DNA of 64,000 nucleotides from Ruminococcus sp. (GTDB lineage Bacteria; Bacillota; Clostridia; Oscillospirales; Ruminococcaceae), in assembly GCA_017519415.1 (NCBI GenBank), contig JAFWSI010000029.1, forward strand, positions 376 through 64,375. Reading direction: 5' to 3'. Below the pieces are notes generated by a model that was not told where the DNA came from, ran no database searches, and saw only the letters and a list, made by a program, of their open reading frames with translations. Below are positions 30,861 to 40,177 of the stretch, piece after piece (the first letter of the stretch is position 1; each line of letters starts with the position of its first letter). A program made the translations under genes and the position numbers.

Positions 30861-31667
30861 TTATTTTCTTCTTTCTGTTCCGAAGAATACCTTGTCGAAG
30901 AACTCCTTCGTCTTTTCCTCGCCCAGCGCCTTCTTGAACACGTCTGTGGATACTCCGCCCTTTGAGATAAGATTGTCGGAATACTCCTGTGTCAGGGCAA
31001 GCTTTTCAGCCTTTTCCTCCTCGGAAAGCTCTCCGAGCTCATTCGCCTTTTCCATATAGCAGCGGACAGCGTCGCAGAACATCTCCTCTATCTTTTCATC
31101 GTCCGCACGCTTGCCTGCCTTGTGGAGAACTACCGTCATAAGCTCGTCATACCATGCGGGAGCTGTCTCTATATCCTCAAGACTGCTGTATTTTTTCTCA
31201 AATTCCTTTATGGAAGCAAGCACGTCAACGTACTCGTCGGAATTCCTGTCGGAAACAAGATCGTAGAACTCCACATACGCCTTGCGGTTTCCGAGGATAT
31301 ACATGAAGTCCATGGACATCAGCGGCATATTCTTGTCATAAGGTGTGATAACATAGGAAACCATCTGCATGAAGCCCATATTTACCGTCATCACTAAAAG
31401 ATTGCCCACATCCCTGACGTCGTACTGGGAAACCTTGAATTTCATAAGACCGTACATTTTTATCTCGCTGAACTCCCCTGCGTCCACAGGCGTGACCTCT
31501 GCGTACTCCGAGAGCGTTTTCATGCCCGAATCGAGGGTCCTGTTCATGACCTCCATATTTTTTGAAGCATTGAAGGCGATAAATCCCGCAAGGGCTCCGA
31601 TCAGCAGAACTATTGTCAGAAGCACCTTCGGTCATTTTTTCTTCTTTTTAACGTCCCGATCTTTCAT
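30861..31667 (-). pseudogene. Membrane-anchored hypothetical protein (possible ferredoxin-dependent bilin reductase-like fold) with in-frame TGA at codon 12
   Basis: AAGGAG RBS and ATG at 31667 read MKDRDVKKKKK*PKVLLTIVLL..., in frame with the 254-aa ORF. Confidence 0.6.
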
Positions 31668-31842
31668 ACGATCTCTCCTTTTCATCTTATTAATCCACCG
31701 TATATCGGCACTTCCATTATATCACCGGCGCCGTGAATTGTCTTTGGAGACCGCTGTATTTTGCCCGTTCCGATTGACGGCTCTGCACATCTGTGCTATA
31801 ATGTTCGTAAACGAACATCACAGCAGAAGGCAGGTAAGTATT

Positions 31843-32388
31843 ATGAGTATAGGAATGAAACGCGGAACAGTCTGCCTCGAAGAACATCAGGACGCCTGGG
31901 AGCAAAGCGCAATAGAAACTATCGCCGAGCTGCATAAGGCGCTGAGCGGTCTGGACGCCGATATTCAGCACGTAGGCAGCACGTCCGTAAAAGCTGTAAA
32001 GGCAAAGCCCATAATTGATATTGCCGTTGCCGCAGACGACCTTGACGAAGTTGTCGCCCGCAGCAGCAGGCTGGCAGAGTATGGCATCATTTTTCGCTTT
32101 GACGAAAGGCCTGTCCATTTACTCTATGTAAAGGGTGACCTTGAACGCGATACAAGAACTCATCATATCCATGTTGTGCGGAAAGGCTCAGGTGAATGGA
32201 TAAACTACCTGAATTTCAGGGATTATCTTAATGCAGACATGAACGCCGCTCGCAGATATGAAGCTGTAAAGCTTGAGCTGGCAGAGCTTTATCCCGACGA
32301 CAGGGAGTTGTATACGGAAAAAAAGAGCGGGACAGTCGCCCGCTTATTGCAGGAAGCCGCAAAATGGAGAGAGAAAAATCCAAACTGA
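31843..32388 (+). CDS. GrpB family protein (nucleotidyltransferase fold)
   Basis: HVGSTSV, AKPIIDI, HHIHV and FRDYL motifs. Confidence 0.92.
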   Translation: MSIGMKRGTVCLEEHQDAWEQSAIETIAELHKALSGLDADIQHVGSTSVKAVKAKPIIDIAVAADDLDEVVARSSRLAEYGIIFRFDERPVHLLYVKGDLERDTRTHHIHVVRKGSGEWINYLNFRDYLNADMNAARRYEAVKLELAELYPDDRELYTEKKSGTVARLLQEAAKWREKNPN

Positions 32389-32439
32389 TACATTAGCTGT
32401 GCACATTGCGTGACAAACAGTGCCAAGGAGGACGGATAA

Positions 32440-33069
32440 ATGAAATTCAGGATAAACCATGAGACTAAATTGTTTCTCTACGGAATCATTGCACCATGGA
32501 TAGCTGCCACTGTCGCGGTAGCGGTATACCTGCTGCTGGATTACAATGTCACCTATGAGCGTCCGACGCTGATCATGATCGGGCTCTCGGCAGTCCTGGC
32601 AGTCATTGAAATCATATTCATCATCCTGTTTCTTGCCGAGAAATTTTTCGGCGCAAAGATCATCATTGAAAAGGACTACGTCAAGATCAGAATGCTGCTG
32701 CGGCGCAGGAAGTTCCACTTCTATGAGATCGCCGACGCAAAATATTCACACTATTATGACGGCGGGGACAACAACAACGACAGCGGCGGCGGATTATTCC
32801 GCTATGTGATCCCCCGTGACGACTATCCCTCGCGGCCGCCCCGGGTCCGCGCAAGGCTCACCTTTTACCTTGAATCGGGCAGGACCTTCAGCCTGAACGA
32901 CGACGCCTACAGATATGCGGCAAAACAGAAGCTCTGGATAACCGATCCCGACATCGACCCCGACGAGGACGTAAAGCTGTATCAGGCATATCAGTGCTAC
33001 TGCGCAGCGTGCCGCGATTATGTGAACACAAACCGCAGGAACGCCGAAAAGTTTCGCAGCTCAATGTAA
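32440..33069 (+). CDS. Hypothetical membrane protein (2 TM)
   Basis: GGAGGA RBS; two hydrophobic helices. Confidence 0.7.
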   Translation: MKFRINHETKLFLYGIIAPWIAATVAVAVYLLLDYNVTYERPTLIMIGLSAVLAVIEIIFIILFLAEKFFGAKIIIEKDYVKIRMLLRRRKFHFYEIADAKYSHYYDGGDNNNDSGGGLFRYVIPRDDYPSRPPRVRARLTFYLESGRTFSLNDDAYRYAAKQKLWITDPDIDPDEDVKLYQAYQCYCAACRDYVNTNRRNAEKFRSSM

Positions 33070-33104
33070 GATAAAACGATCCGCATCAATAACGGAGGTA
33101 ACAA

Positions 33105-34523
33105 ATGATCAGTAAAATAATGGATTTTTTCAATGCTGTAGACGATGTAATGTATTATCCCGTACTGATAATCATACTGGCGACGGCAGGACTGTATTTC
33201 TCGGCAAGGACGGGCTTTGTCCAGCTCAGACTGTTCAGGGAGGCATGCAGGCTTATCGTTGAAAAGCCAAGGGGCGATCAGAAGGTCTCATCCTTCCAGG
33301 CACTCATCGTATCCACCGCCTCCCGTGTAGGTACGGGAAATATCGTGGGAGTATCGACTGCCATTTGTCTCGGCGGCCCGGGAGCCTGCTTCTGGATGTG
33401 GCTGATGTGTATAATCGGTGCGTCGTCTGCTTTCATGGAGAGCACTCTTGCTCAGATCTACAAGAAAAAGAATAAGGACGGCGGCTGCTACGGCGGTCCC
33501 GCGTATTATATCGAGCAGGCTCTGGGAAAACCTGTTATCGCAGCGGTGTTCTGCGTTTTCCTTATAGCAACATACGCTTTCGGCTTCAATCTGCTGTGCT
33601 CGTTCAATCTGCAGTCCAGCTTTGAGGTGTACAGCTTCTACAATGCAAAGACTACGCCCGTCATTATCGGTATCATTCTTGCCGTACTTGTAGGCTTCTG
33701 TATCATGGGCGGCGGCAAACGAATAATCGGAATGACCGAGAAGATAGTGCCCTTTATGGGTATTGCCTACGTGCTGATCTCTCTTGTCATCATCGGCTTC
33801 AATTTCAAAAATGTTCCGCATATGTTCGCCCTTATCTTCCGTGACGCCTTTGATTTCCGTTCCATATTCGGCGGCCTTGCAGGAAGCTGTCTGGTGCTGG
33901 GCATAAAGCGAGGACTGTATTCAAATGAAGCCGGCGTGGGTTCTGCACCCAATGCTTCCGCTTCAGCAGACGTAACTCATCCTGTCAAGCAGGGCCTTGT
34001 ACAGACTGTTTCCGTATATATCGACACGATACTCCTTTGCACCGCAACTGCATTCATGTGTCTGAGCTCGGGGACTCCATACAATAAAGATGTTTCGGGA
34101 GCAATGTACGTGCAGAATGCTATCTCCACCGTATTCGGCAGCCTGGGTCCCGTCTTCATCACCACTGCAATGGTGCTTTTTGCTTTTACGACCCTTCTCG
34201 GAAACCTCTACTATGTGGATAATGCACTAATCTATCTGAACGGAAAAAAGCAGCCTTCAAAGAGATTCATGTCCGTATTCTACACCATCTGCGTTCTTGT
34301 GATATTTGCGGGCGCTCTCATGCAGATGAGCTTCGCATGGACGATAGCGGATATTACTATGGGCTGCATGACCTTGATAAATATCCCCTGCTGCTTCCTG
34401 CTGTCAAAACAGGTCGTCCACGCTCTAAGGGATTATGAGAAGCAGAAAAAAGAGGGTAAAAATCCGGAATTCCATGCAGCAGACATCGGTCTGGATCCCG
34501 ATAAGCTCTCATACTGGAAGTAA
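33105..34523 (+). CDS. Alanine/glycine:cation symporter (AGCS family)
   Basis: RVGTGNI, GGPGA, GGPAYYI and SNEAGVGSAP motifs. Confidence 0.95.
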   Translation: MISKIMDFFNAVDDVMYYPVLIIILATAGLYFSARTGFVQLRLFREACRLIVEKPRGDQKVSSFQALIVSTASRVGTGNIVGVSTAICLGGPGACFWMWLMCIIGASSAFMESTLAQIYKKKNKDGGCYGGPAYYIEQALGKPVIAAVFCVFLIATYAFGFNLLCSFNLQSSFEVYSFYNAKTTPVIIGIILAVLVGFCIMGGGKRIIGMTEKIVPFMGIAYVLISLVIIGFNFKNVPHMFALIFRDAFDFRSIFGGLAGSCLVLGIKRGLYSNEAGVGSAPNASASADVTHPVKQGLVQTVSVYIDTILLCTATAFMCLSSGTPYNKDVSGAMYVQNAISTVFGSLGPVFITTAMVLFAFTTLLGNLYYVDNALIYLNGKKQPSKRFMSVFYTICVLVIFAGALMQMSFAWTIADITMGCMTLINIPCCFLLSKQVVHALRDYEKQKKEGKNPEFHAADIGLDPDKLSYWK

Positions 34524-34568
34524 AAGGCAGGACTCCATAAGTACAGGGAACGGGCAGAAGATCAGGAT

Positions 34569-34632
34569 ATGAAAAGCCATGGAGATGCGGAATGTCATAT
34601 ATGATGCTGCGAACGGACTTGTAACCTTTACA
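34569..34632 (+). pseudogene. Frameshifted remnant paralogous to the start of ORF 39176
   Basis: MKSHGDAECH / YDAANGLVTFT vs MKHYGDAECHYDVDNGIVWFT. Confidence 0.6.
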
Positions 34633-34701
34633 GAAAGAAACAGGCACTTGCCATAGCAAGTGCCTGTTGTATTATCAGTTAATATACCGAATCAAAATCT
34701 G

Positions 34702-35241
34702 TTATGCTGAATAGTCTCTTACATTAAAGCTTTCCTCAGTGCGTTGTTCCTCATCTATTATTCCCGGGACCAGCTCGGTAACATATGCTTCTCCGGAAAC
34801 AGGATCAATATAATAGCGTATCTGTGCGCCGGTATAAGCTCTGTACAAAACAACTATCTCATTATTATCATTGGTTGAAACATCCCAGTAAATAGTATAC
34901 TCATCCGATTCAGCCATTTTTTTCAAATCAGGATTGTTTATGAAACAATAGTTCCTGACCGCAGCCAATGCCTGCTCCTCTGTAAGAACTTCTGACCCGC
35001 TTTCATTCTGCCCGATCGAGACAGCCTCGGTTTTGTCGGGCTGAGCAGCCTCAGTCTGTTCAGGCAGAGCAGTCTCTGTTTCATAAGACTGAGCAGACTC
35101 TGTTGGTTTGCTTGCCTGTTCATTCCCGGTTGTAGTGACAGATTCGGTTTGCATTACGCTGGTATTTTCATTTTTCGTGCTGCAGGCACATAACCCGGCA
35201 CACGCCAAGCATAAAGTAAGTAATATAATTTTCTTTTGCAT
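34702..35241 (-). CDS. Hypothetical lipoprotein
   Basis: Lipobox LCAC, low-complexity linker, RAYTGAQIRYYID domain. Confidence 0.75.
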   Translation of the reverse strand: MQKKIILLTLCLACAGLCACSTKNENTSVMQTESVTTTGNEQASKPTESAQSYETETALPEQTEAAQPDKTEAVSIGQNESGSEVLTEEQALAAVRNYCFINNPDLKKMAESDEYTIYWDVSTNDNNEIVVLYRAYTGAQIRYYIDPVSGEAYVTELVPGIIDEEQRTEESFNVRDYSA

Positions 35242-35513
35242 ATTTGCTGTTCCTCCTTCGCAGCAGAAAGCCTTTGCTTCCCCTGCATCAGAATTATACC
35301 ACAGCAGAAGAAAAAAGTCAAACAGAAGAAAGCTCCGAATATTATTGTTCAGCTGTTCTGTTCCGCTCAGTTTTCACATATATTCTACATATTTTACACG
35401 CTTTTTTAAGCTTCAATTCAGCATTTTAAGGTATAATAAAAATACAGGGGCAAATCAATGTCACAAATTCCGGACTATTGATTCGGCGATATTAAAAAAG
35501 GAGAATGATAATT

Positions 35514-38500
35514 ATGAAAAAACAAGGCCTAAAAAAACTCTTTGCAGGGCTCTCGTCCGTCTGTCTTGCAGCTTATTCACTTCCCGTTGTCGGCTTCGCG
35601 GCGGAGACTGCTGCCCAGAAAACTGTCGGTGACGCAAACTGCGACGGCGAAATCGATATGTCTGACGCCGTTCTTATCATGCAGGCGCTTTCAAATCCAA
35701 ATAAGTACGGTATCGGGGGATCCGACAAGAATGCTATCACAGAGGCCGGATGGGTCAACGCGGACTGCGACGGCGCTGCCAACGGCGTTTCAAATATGGA
35801 CGCCCTTGCCATACAGAAATACCTCCTCGGCGCAGGCGAGCTCAGCAGCGGCAAGAGCGATCCCGTGACCGAGGCCACAAAGATACATCTCAAGAACACC
35901 TCTATAGAGGTTGAGGGCGATAATGCCACAGTTGACGGAACTATCGTTACTATCACTCATTCCGGCGAATATTACGTTGACGGTACTCTCGACGACGGTC
36001 AGATCAACGTCAATATAGCCGATGAGACTGCCGATCCCGATACGGTAAAGATATTCCTCAACGGAGTAAGTATCACAGGAAAGAGCGCTCCTGCTATACT
36101 TGTTACAAATGCGGAGAAGACGTCCGTCAACCTTGTGGACGGCACAGAGAACTTCATATCCGACGGAGAGACTGCCTATGAAGGCGACTTTGCAAAGTCG
36201 GCGGTTATCGAGGCAAAGGACGATCTGACCATAAAGGGCGGCGAAAAGGGAGACGGAACCCTTACCCTTACCGCCAATACACAGGACGGTATCTCCTGCA
36301 ACAACGATATTAAAATAACCGGCGGTCAGATATTTATAACCACTAAAAATACCGATAACAAGGCCGACGGAATCAAAGCCAAGAAGTCCGTTACCGTAAA
36401 GGGCAGTCTTGAAATCGACGCTGCGGGCGACGGTATCAAGTCCACAAAGGAGGCTGTTGTATTCGCAGGCGGCACTACTAAGATAAAGGCAGGCAATGAC
36501 GCTGTTCAGGCTGAGACCACAATCGATATCAGCGACGGAAAGCTCGTTGCAGGCGGTGACCGCGGACTTACCGCAGTTACAGGCATCAACATCACAGGCG
36601 GTATCGTATACGCTACAGCTACCGATAATCAGGTCGATACAAAGCTCCTTACAGCTTCACAGACCACTGTTCTTCTGAACTGTGTCAATGACCCGACCAA
36701 CGAAAAGGACGGCACATGGAAGAAGTCTAACGCTATCAGCGGCGGCGACAAGATAGAGTTCACAAAGAAGTACAAGTATGTGCTCATAAGCGGCGATACC
36801 AAGATCAACGGAATGCGCTCGGGAATTCTTACGAACCTGTCTACAGGTAATCCGGTTACTCATACAGACGGAAAGCAGACCTTGTTCCAGCTCAATCCTA
36901 CAGTTAATGTATTCGACAATGTTGATCCTTCCGGCGGCAGCAGCGGTACAGTGACCGACCCCGGTACCGATGAGCTTAAAATAACTCTTTCGGATTCGGG
37001 AATGGCCACCAATGCTTCTTCCGAAGCTAAGGTAGAGAATAACGTCTGCACTATCACTCAGCCCGGCGTTTTTACGGTAACAGGCGAAATGACAGGCGGA
37101 CAGATAGTTGTTGATGTCGACAAGACAGCCTATCCCGACGGCTCCGTTGAGCTGGTCCTCAGCGGAATGAGTCTGACAAATACCAAGGATTCTCCGATCT
37201 ATGTGAATTCTGTTGCCGACGAGCTTGTTATCACCGCTAAAAACGGTACGGAAAATACAATCTCAGACGGTGAGAGCTACACCAATGCTGACGGCGACAC
37301 GGGAGCTGTCTACTCCAAGGACGATATAAAGTTCAAGGGAAAGGGCAGTCTGACCGTAAACGGCAACGCTGCCGACGGTATAGTAGGCAAGGACGATATA
37401 AAGATATATAACGGCACTCTGACAGTCAACGCTGCCGACGACGGAATCCGCGGCAAGGACAGCGTTACCATAGGCAATACGTCGTCGGACGGTACAGAGA
37501 CCGATTACTCAAATCTCTCGGTTACCGTAAATGCCAAGGCAGGCGACGGTATAAAGGCTACTTCAACAGATGTTTCTTCGGCAGCAAAGCAGCTCGGAAT
37601 CGTTACTGTCAACGGCGGTGCTGTAAATATTGACTCCTACGCAGACGGCATATCAGCCGAGCAGTACTTCGTTATGAACGGCGGTGAGCTCAATATCAGG
37701 ACCTATGAGGGCAGCTCCTTCACGGGTACTTCCTCAGGCGATCAGCAGGGCGGCTTTGGCGGCAGACCCGGCGGCGGAGGCGGTTTCGGAGGCTTCGGCA
37801 TGGACGGGAACTCAAACAAGACCGATATTTCCGCCAAGGGCATAAAGGCAGTCGGTCTTTATGACGAAGCAGGCACCACATGGCAGAGCGCAGGCGATAT
37901 AGCTATAAACGGCGGCAGTATCACTGTTGATTCTTCTGACGACTGTATTCACTGCGGAGGCAGCATGACTCTCACAGGCGGCGGACTCAGGCTTTCCTCT
38001 GCCGATGACGGCGTTCACGCAGACCACGACCTCACCATCGGCACAAAGAACAGCGGAATGTACGACGACATCGTTATATACGTCGAGAAGTGCTATGAGG
38101 GTATAGAAGCCCAGAAGATATATCAGAACAGCGGTTCTGTTATTGTAAACTCAACTGACGACGGCTTCAACGCAGCAGGCGGCAGCGACGGTTCAGGTGG
38201 CGGCAATACAGGTATGCCTTGGGGACAGGGCGGAGGCGGCTTCGGAGGAGGCGGCTTCGGCGGCAGCTCAGGAGACTACCTCATACAGTTCAACGGCGGC
38301 TTTGCAATAGTCAATGCTGCCAACGGCGACCATGACGGCTATGATTCCAACGGAAATATCGAGATAAACGGCGGCTACATCATATCAAACGGCAACGAGC
38401 CCTTTGACTGCGGCGACGGCGGCAGTTCTATCACGGTAAAAGGCGGAACATGGGTATCCAACTGTCCTTCCGGCGGCATGAGCATGGGCGGCAGTGAGAT

Positions 38501-38756
38501 GACGGCTTCCGTAACGGCTTCTTCCAGTGTCAGCGCCAATACAAGACTTTCACTTATCGGCAGCGACGGAAAGGTCATAGTTTCGTTCATAGTTGACAAG
38601 GCTGTCAGCCAGCTCAAGGCAGGAGGCACAAATACATCGGGAGCGTCCTTCTTCACAGGCGGAACTCTCAGCGGTTCCACCTACTTCCAGCAGCTTGATC
38701 AGACACAGCTCGCTGCATACGGCGGTACGCTGACAGGCGGAACAGCTGTAAGATAA
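35514..38756 (+). CDS. Dockerin plus tandem Cthe_2159 (DUF4353) carbohydrate-binding beta-helix protein
   Basis: N-terminal dockerin (GDANCDGEIDMSDA...NADCDG), two Cthe_2159-like blocks with DGI repeats, Gly-rich inserts. Confidence 0.85.
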   Translation: MKKQGLKKLFAGLSSVCLAAYSLPVVGFAAETAAQKTVGDANCDGEIDMSDAVLIMQALSNPNKYGIGGSDKNAITEAGWVNADCDGAANGVSNMDALAIQKYLLGAGELSSGKSDPVTEATKIHLKNTSIEVEGDNATVDGTIVTITHSGEYYVDGTLDDGQINVNIADETADPDTVKIFLNGVSITGKSAPAILVTNAEKTSVNLVDGTENFISDGETAYEGDFAKSAVIEAKDDLTIKGGEKGDGTLTLTANTQDGISCNNDIKITGGQIFITTKNTDNKADGIKAKKSVTVKGSLEIDAAGDGIKSTKEAVVFAGGTTKIKAGNDAVQAETTIDISDGKLVAGGDRGLTAVTGINITGGIVYATATDNQVDTKLLTASQTTVLLNCVNDPTNEKDGTWKKSNAISGGDKIEFTKKYKYVLISGDTKINGMRSGILTNLSTGNPVTHTDGKQTLFQLNPTVNVFDNVDPSGGSSGTVTDPGTDELKITLSDSGMATNASSEAKVENNVCTITQPGVFTVTGEMTGGQIVVDVDKTAYPDGSVELVLSGMSLTNTKDSPIYVNSVADELVITAKNGTENTISDGESYTNADGDTGAVYSKDDIKFKGKGSLTVNGNAADGIVGKDDIKIYNGTLTVNAADDGIRGKDSVTIGNTSSDGTETDYSNLSVTVNAKAGDGIKATSTDVSSAAKQLGIVTVNGGAVNIDSYADGISAEQYFVMNGGELNIRTYEGSSFTGTSSGDQQGGFGGRPGGGGGFGGFGMDGNSNKTDISAKGIKAVGLYDEAGTTWQSAGDIAINGGSITVDSSDDCIHCGGSMTLTGGGLRLSSADDGVHADHDLTIGTKNSGMYDDIVIYVEKCYEGIEAQKIYQNSGSVIVNSTDDGFNAAGGSDGSGGGNTGMPWGQGGGGFGGGGFGGSSGDYLIQFNGGFAIVNAANGDHDGYDSNGNIEINGGYIISNGNEPFDCGDGGSSITVKGGTWVSNCPSGGMSMGGSEMTASVTASSSVSANTRLSLIGSDGKVIVSFIVDKAVSQLKAGGTNTSGASFFTGGTLSGSTYFQQLDQTQLAAYGGTLTGGTAVR

Positions 38757-38939
38757 GTATGATGTATAGGTCAGCAAATCTATCATAATACCTTACGAAT
38801 TCAAAGGCGCAATAAACAGGTATGTTTGCTATTACAAGAGCCTGCTTATCGGATACTTCCATACACCTGTATGAATACGATAGAACAAACCGCTGCGCTT
38901 GACCGGTATCAGCATTAAGGCGTATACCCGGATAATACA

Positions 38940-38973
38940 GGTCCTCACGGTCCGTACCGTGAGGACTTTTTTA
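38940..38973 (+). terminator. Intrinsic terminator
   Basis: GTCCTCACGGT...ACCGTGAGGAC followed by a T-run. Confidence 0.8.
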
Positions 38974-39175
38974 TATCAACAAACCATGTACAAATTCAGA
39001 TTGCCCGTCAAAAATCGGACAGGACAAAAGAATAAGCAGTCTGATGCGCTTGCGGCTCATCAAATTGAGCCGCTGTTTTTTACTTTTTGTCTTGATGAAA
39101 CGGAAGGATTATGTTATAATGGTAATAGCTTAATCATTCACAGTACGTTGTCACCGGACGATAGGAGGTCATAAT

Positions 39176-39613
39176 ATGAAACACTATGGAGATGCGGAAT
39201 GCCACTATGATGTGGATAACGGAATCGTTTGGTTTACGTGCAGAGGAAAGGCTGAGGTCGTTGCCAAATTTGACAGCGATGAAAAAGCCGAAGCTTATCT
39301 GACGAAACTGGTCAGCAGAAAACCGGAATCAAAAAAAAAACCAAAAAGACATCGGGAAAATATGAGCAGAAAAGATCCAAGCATCACAGATGAATCTGTG
39401 ATACTCAACTGCTGTTTCGAAGAACATATTTGTCATTGCTTTCTCAACTATAGCACTGGGATCTCCGTCAGGACGTATCCAGTCCTGAAGAGTATTCTTA
39501 TCAAATATAACAGGCATACGGTCGTGTATATCCTTTACTGTGCCTGCAGCTTCTCTGGTGAGGACAAAGAACATGGGCACTTGCATACCGCTATGTTCCT
39601 CATGATGGTATAG
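39176..39613 (+). CDS. Small hypothetical protein (3' part overlaps the SRAP gene antisense; true end uncertain)
   Basis: AGGAGG RBS and upstream TATAAT; a paralogous remnant exists at 34569. Confidence 0.5.
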   Translation: MKHYGDAECHYDVDNGIVWFTCRGKAEVVAKFDSDEKAEAYLTKLVSRKPESKKKPKRHRENMSRKDPSITDESVILNCCFEEHICHCFLNYSTGISVRTYPVLKSILIKYNRHTVVYILYCACSFSGEDKEHGHLHTAMFLMMV

Positions 39614-40054
39614 TCCTGCGATATATGTGACGTCAGAGCCTTCAGACTGTATAGCAAACTTGATTTTCTTGGTATTCCTATGCTCGACCATACTGCGATT
39701 GTCATCTTCATATAAAGGATATCCCCATTCATAGTACCATGATGCAGGGATGACGCACCTTCGTCTGTACCAGGAGTCTTTCCAAAGTGCTTTTGTATCA
39801 GCAGTCTCTACACGGCAATTTGCAAGAGGCTTGGTAGTAGCTTGATGTGTAAATCCCGATGCCATAGGGAATATAGCCATTTGCCCATGTTTATTCGGTG
39901 CAAGAACAGGCGCTATATCTGACGGGAATAAATCACCTAACATAATCAGGCTTTTACCAAGTTTTATCGACATTTCCTGAGCAAAGGACATTTTCCTTAT
40001 CTTTATGAGAACTTTAGCCATTTCTCTTGGCTCTATACGCAGAGACATACACAT
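39329..40054 (-). CDS. SOS response-associated peptidase (SRAP/HMCES/YedK)
   Basis: Starts M-C after a GGAGG RBS; NCRVET, RRCVIPASWYYEW and IHDRMPV motifs. Confidence 0.88.
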   Translation of the reverse strand: MCMSLRIEPREMAKVLIKIRKMSFAQEMSIKLGKSLIMLGDLFPSDIAPVLAPNKHGQMAIFPMASGFTHQATTKPLANCRVETADTKALWKDSWYRRRCVIPASWYYEWGYPLYEDDNRSMVEHRNTKKIKFAIQSEGSDVTYIAGLYHHEEHSGMQVPMFFVLTREAAGTVKDIHDRMPVIFDKNTLQDWIRPDGDPSAIVEKAMTNMFFETAVEYHRFICDAWIFSAHIFPMSFWFFF

Positions 40055-40078
40055 GTAACTCACCTCCAAGCGCAAACG

Positions 40079-40126
40079 GAATGTATGTTCTGTTTTGATT
40101 ATATTATATGAAGATATATTTGTCAA
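40079..40126 (-). promoter_or_regulatory. Sigma-A promoter with downstream LexA (Cheo)-like box for SRAP
   Basis: Minus strand TTGACA-17-TATAAT, then GAACATACATTC (one mismatch to GAAC-N4-GTTC). Confidence 0.65.
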
Positions 40127-40177
40127 GATAAAAGAAGGACCGCCCGTGAAGGGCGGTCATCATATTAGGGGATTTTC

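Noticed and set aside
31632-31634. Selenocysteine or stop-codon reassignment
   Set aside because: The site lies in an N-terminal basic anchor, not a catalytic motif, and TGA ends many neighbouring genes normally.
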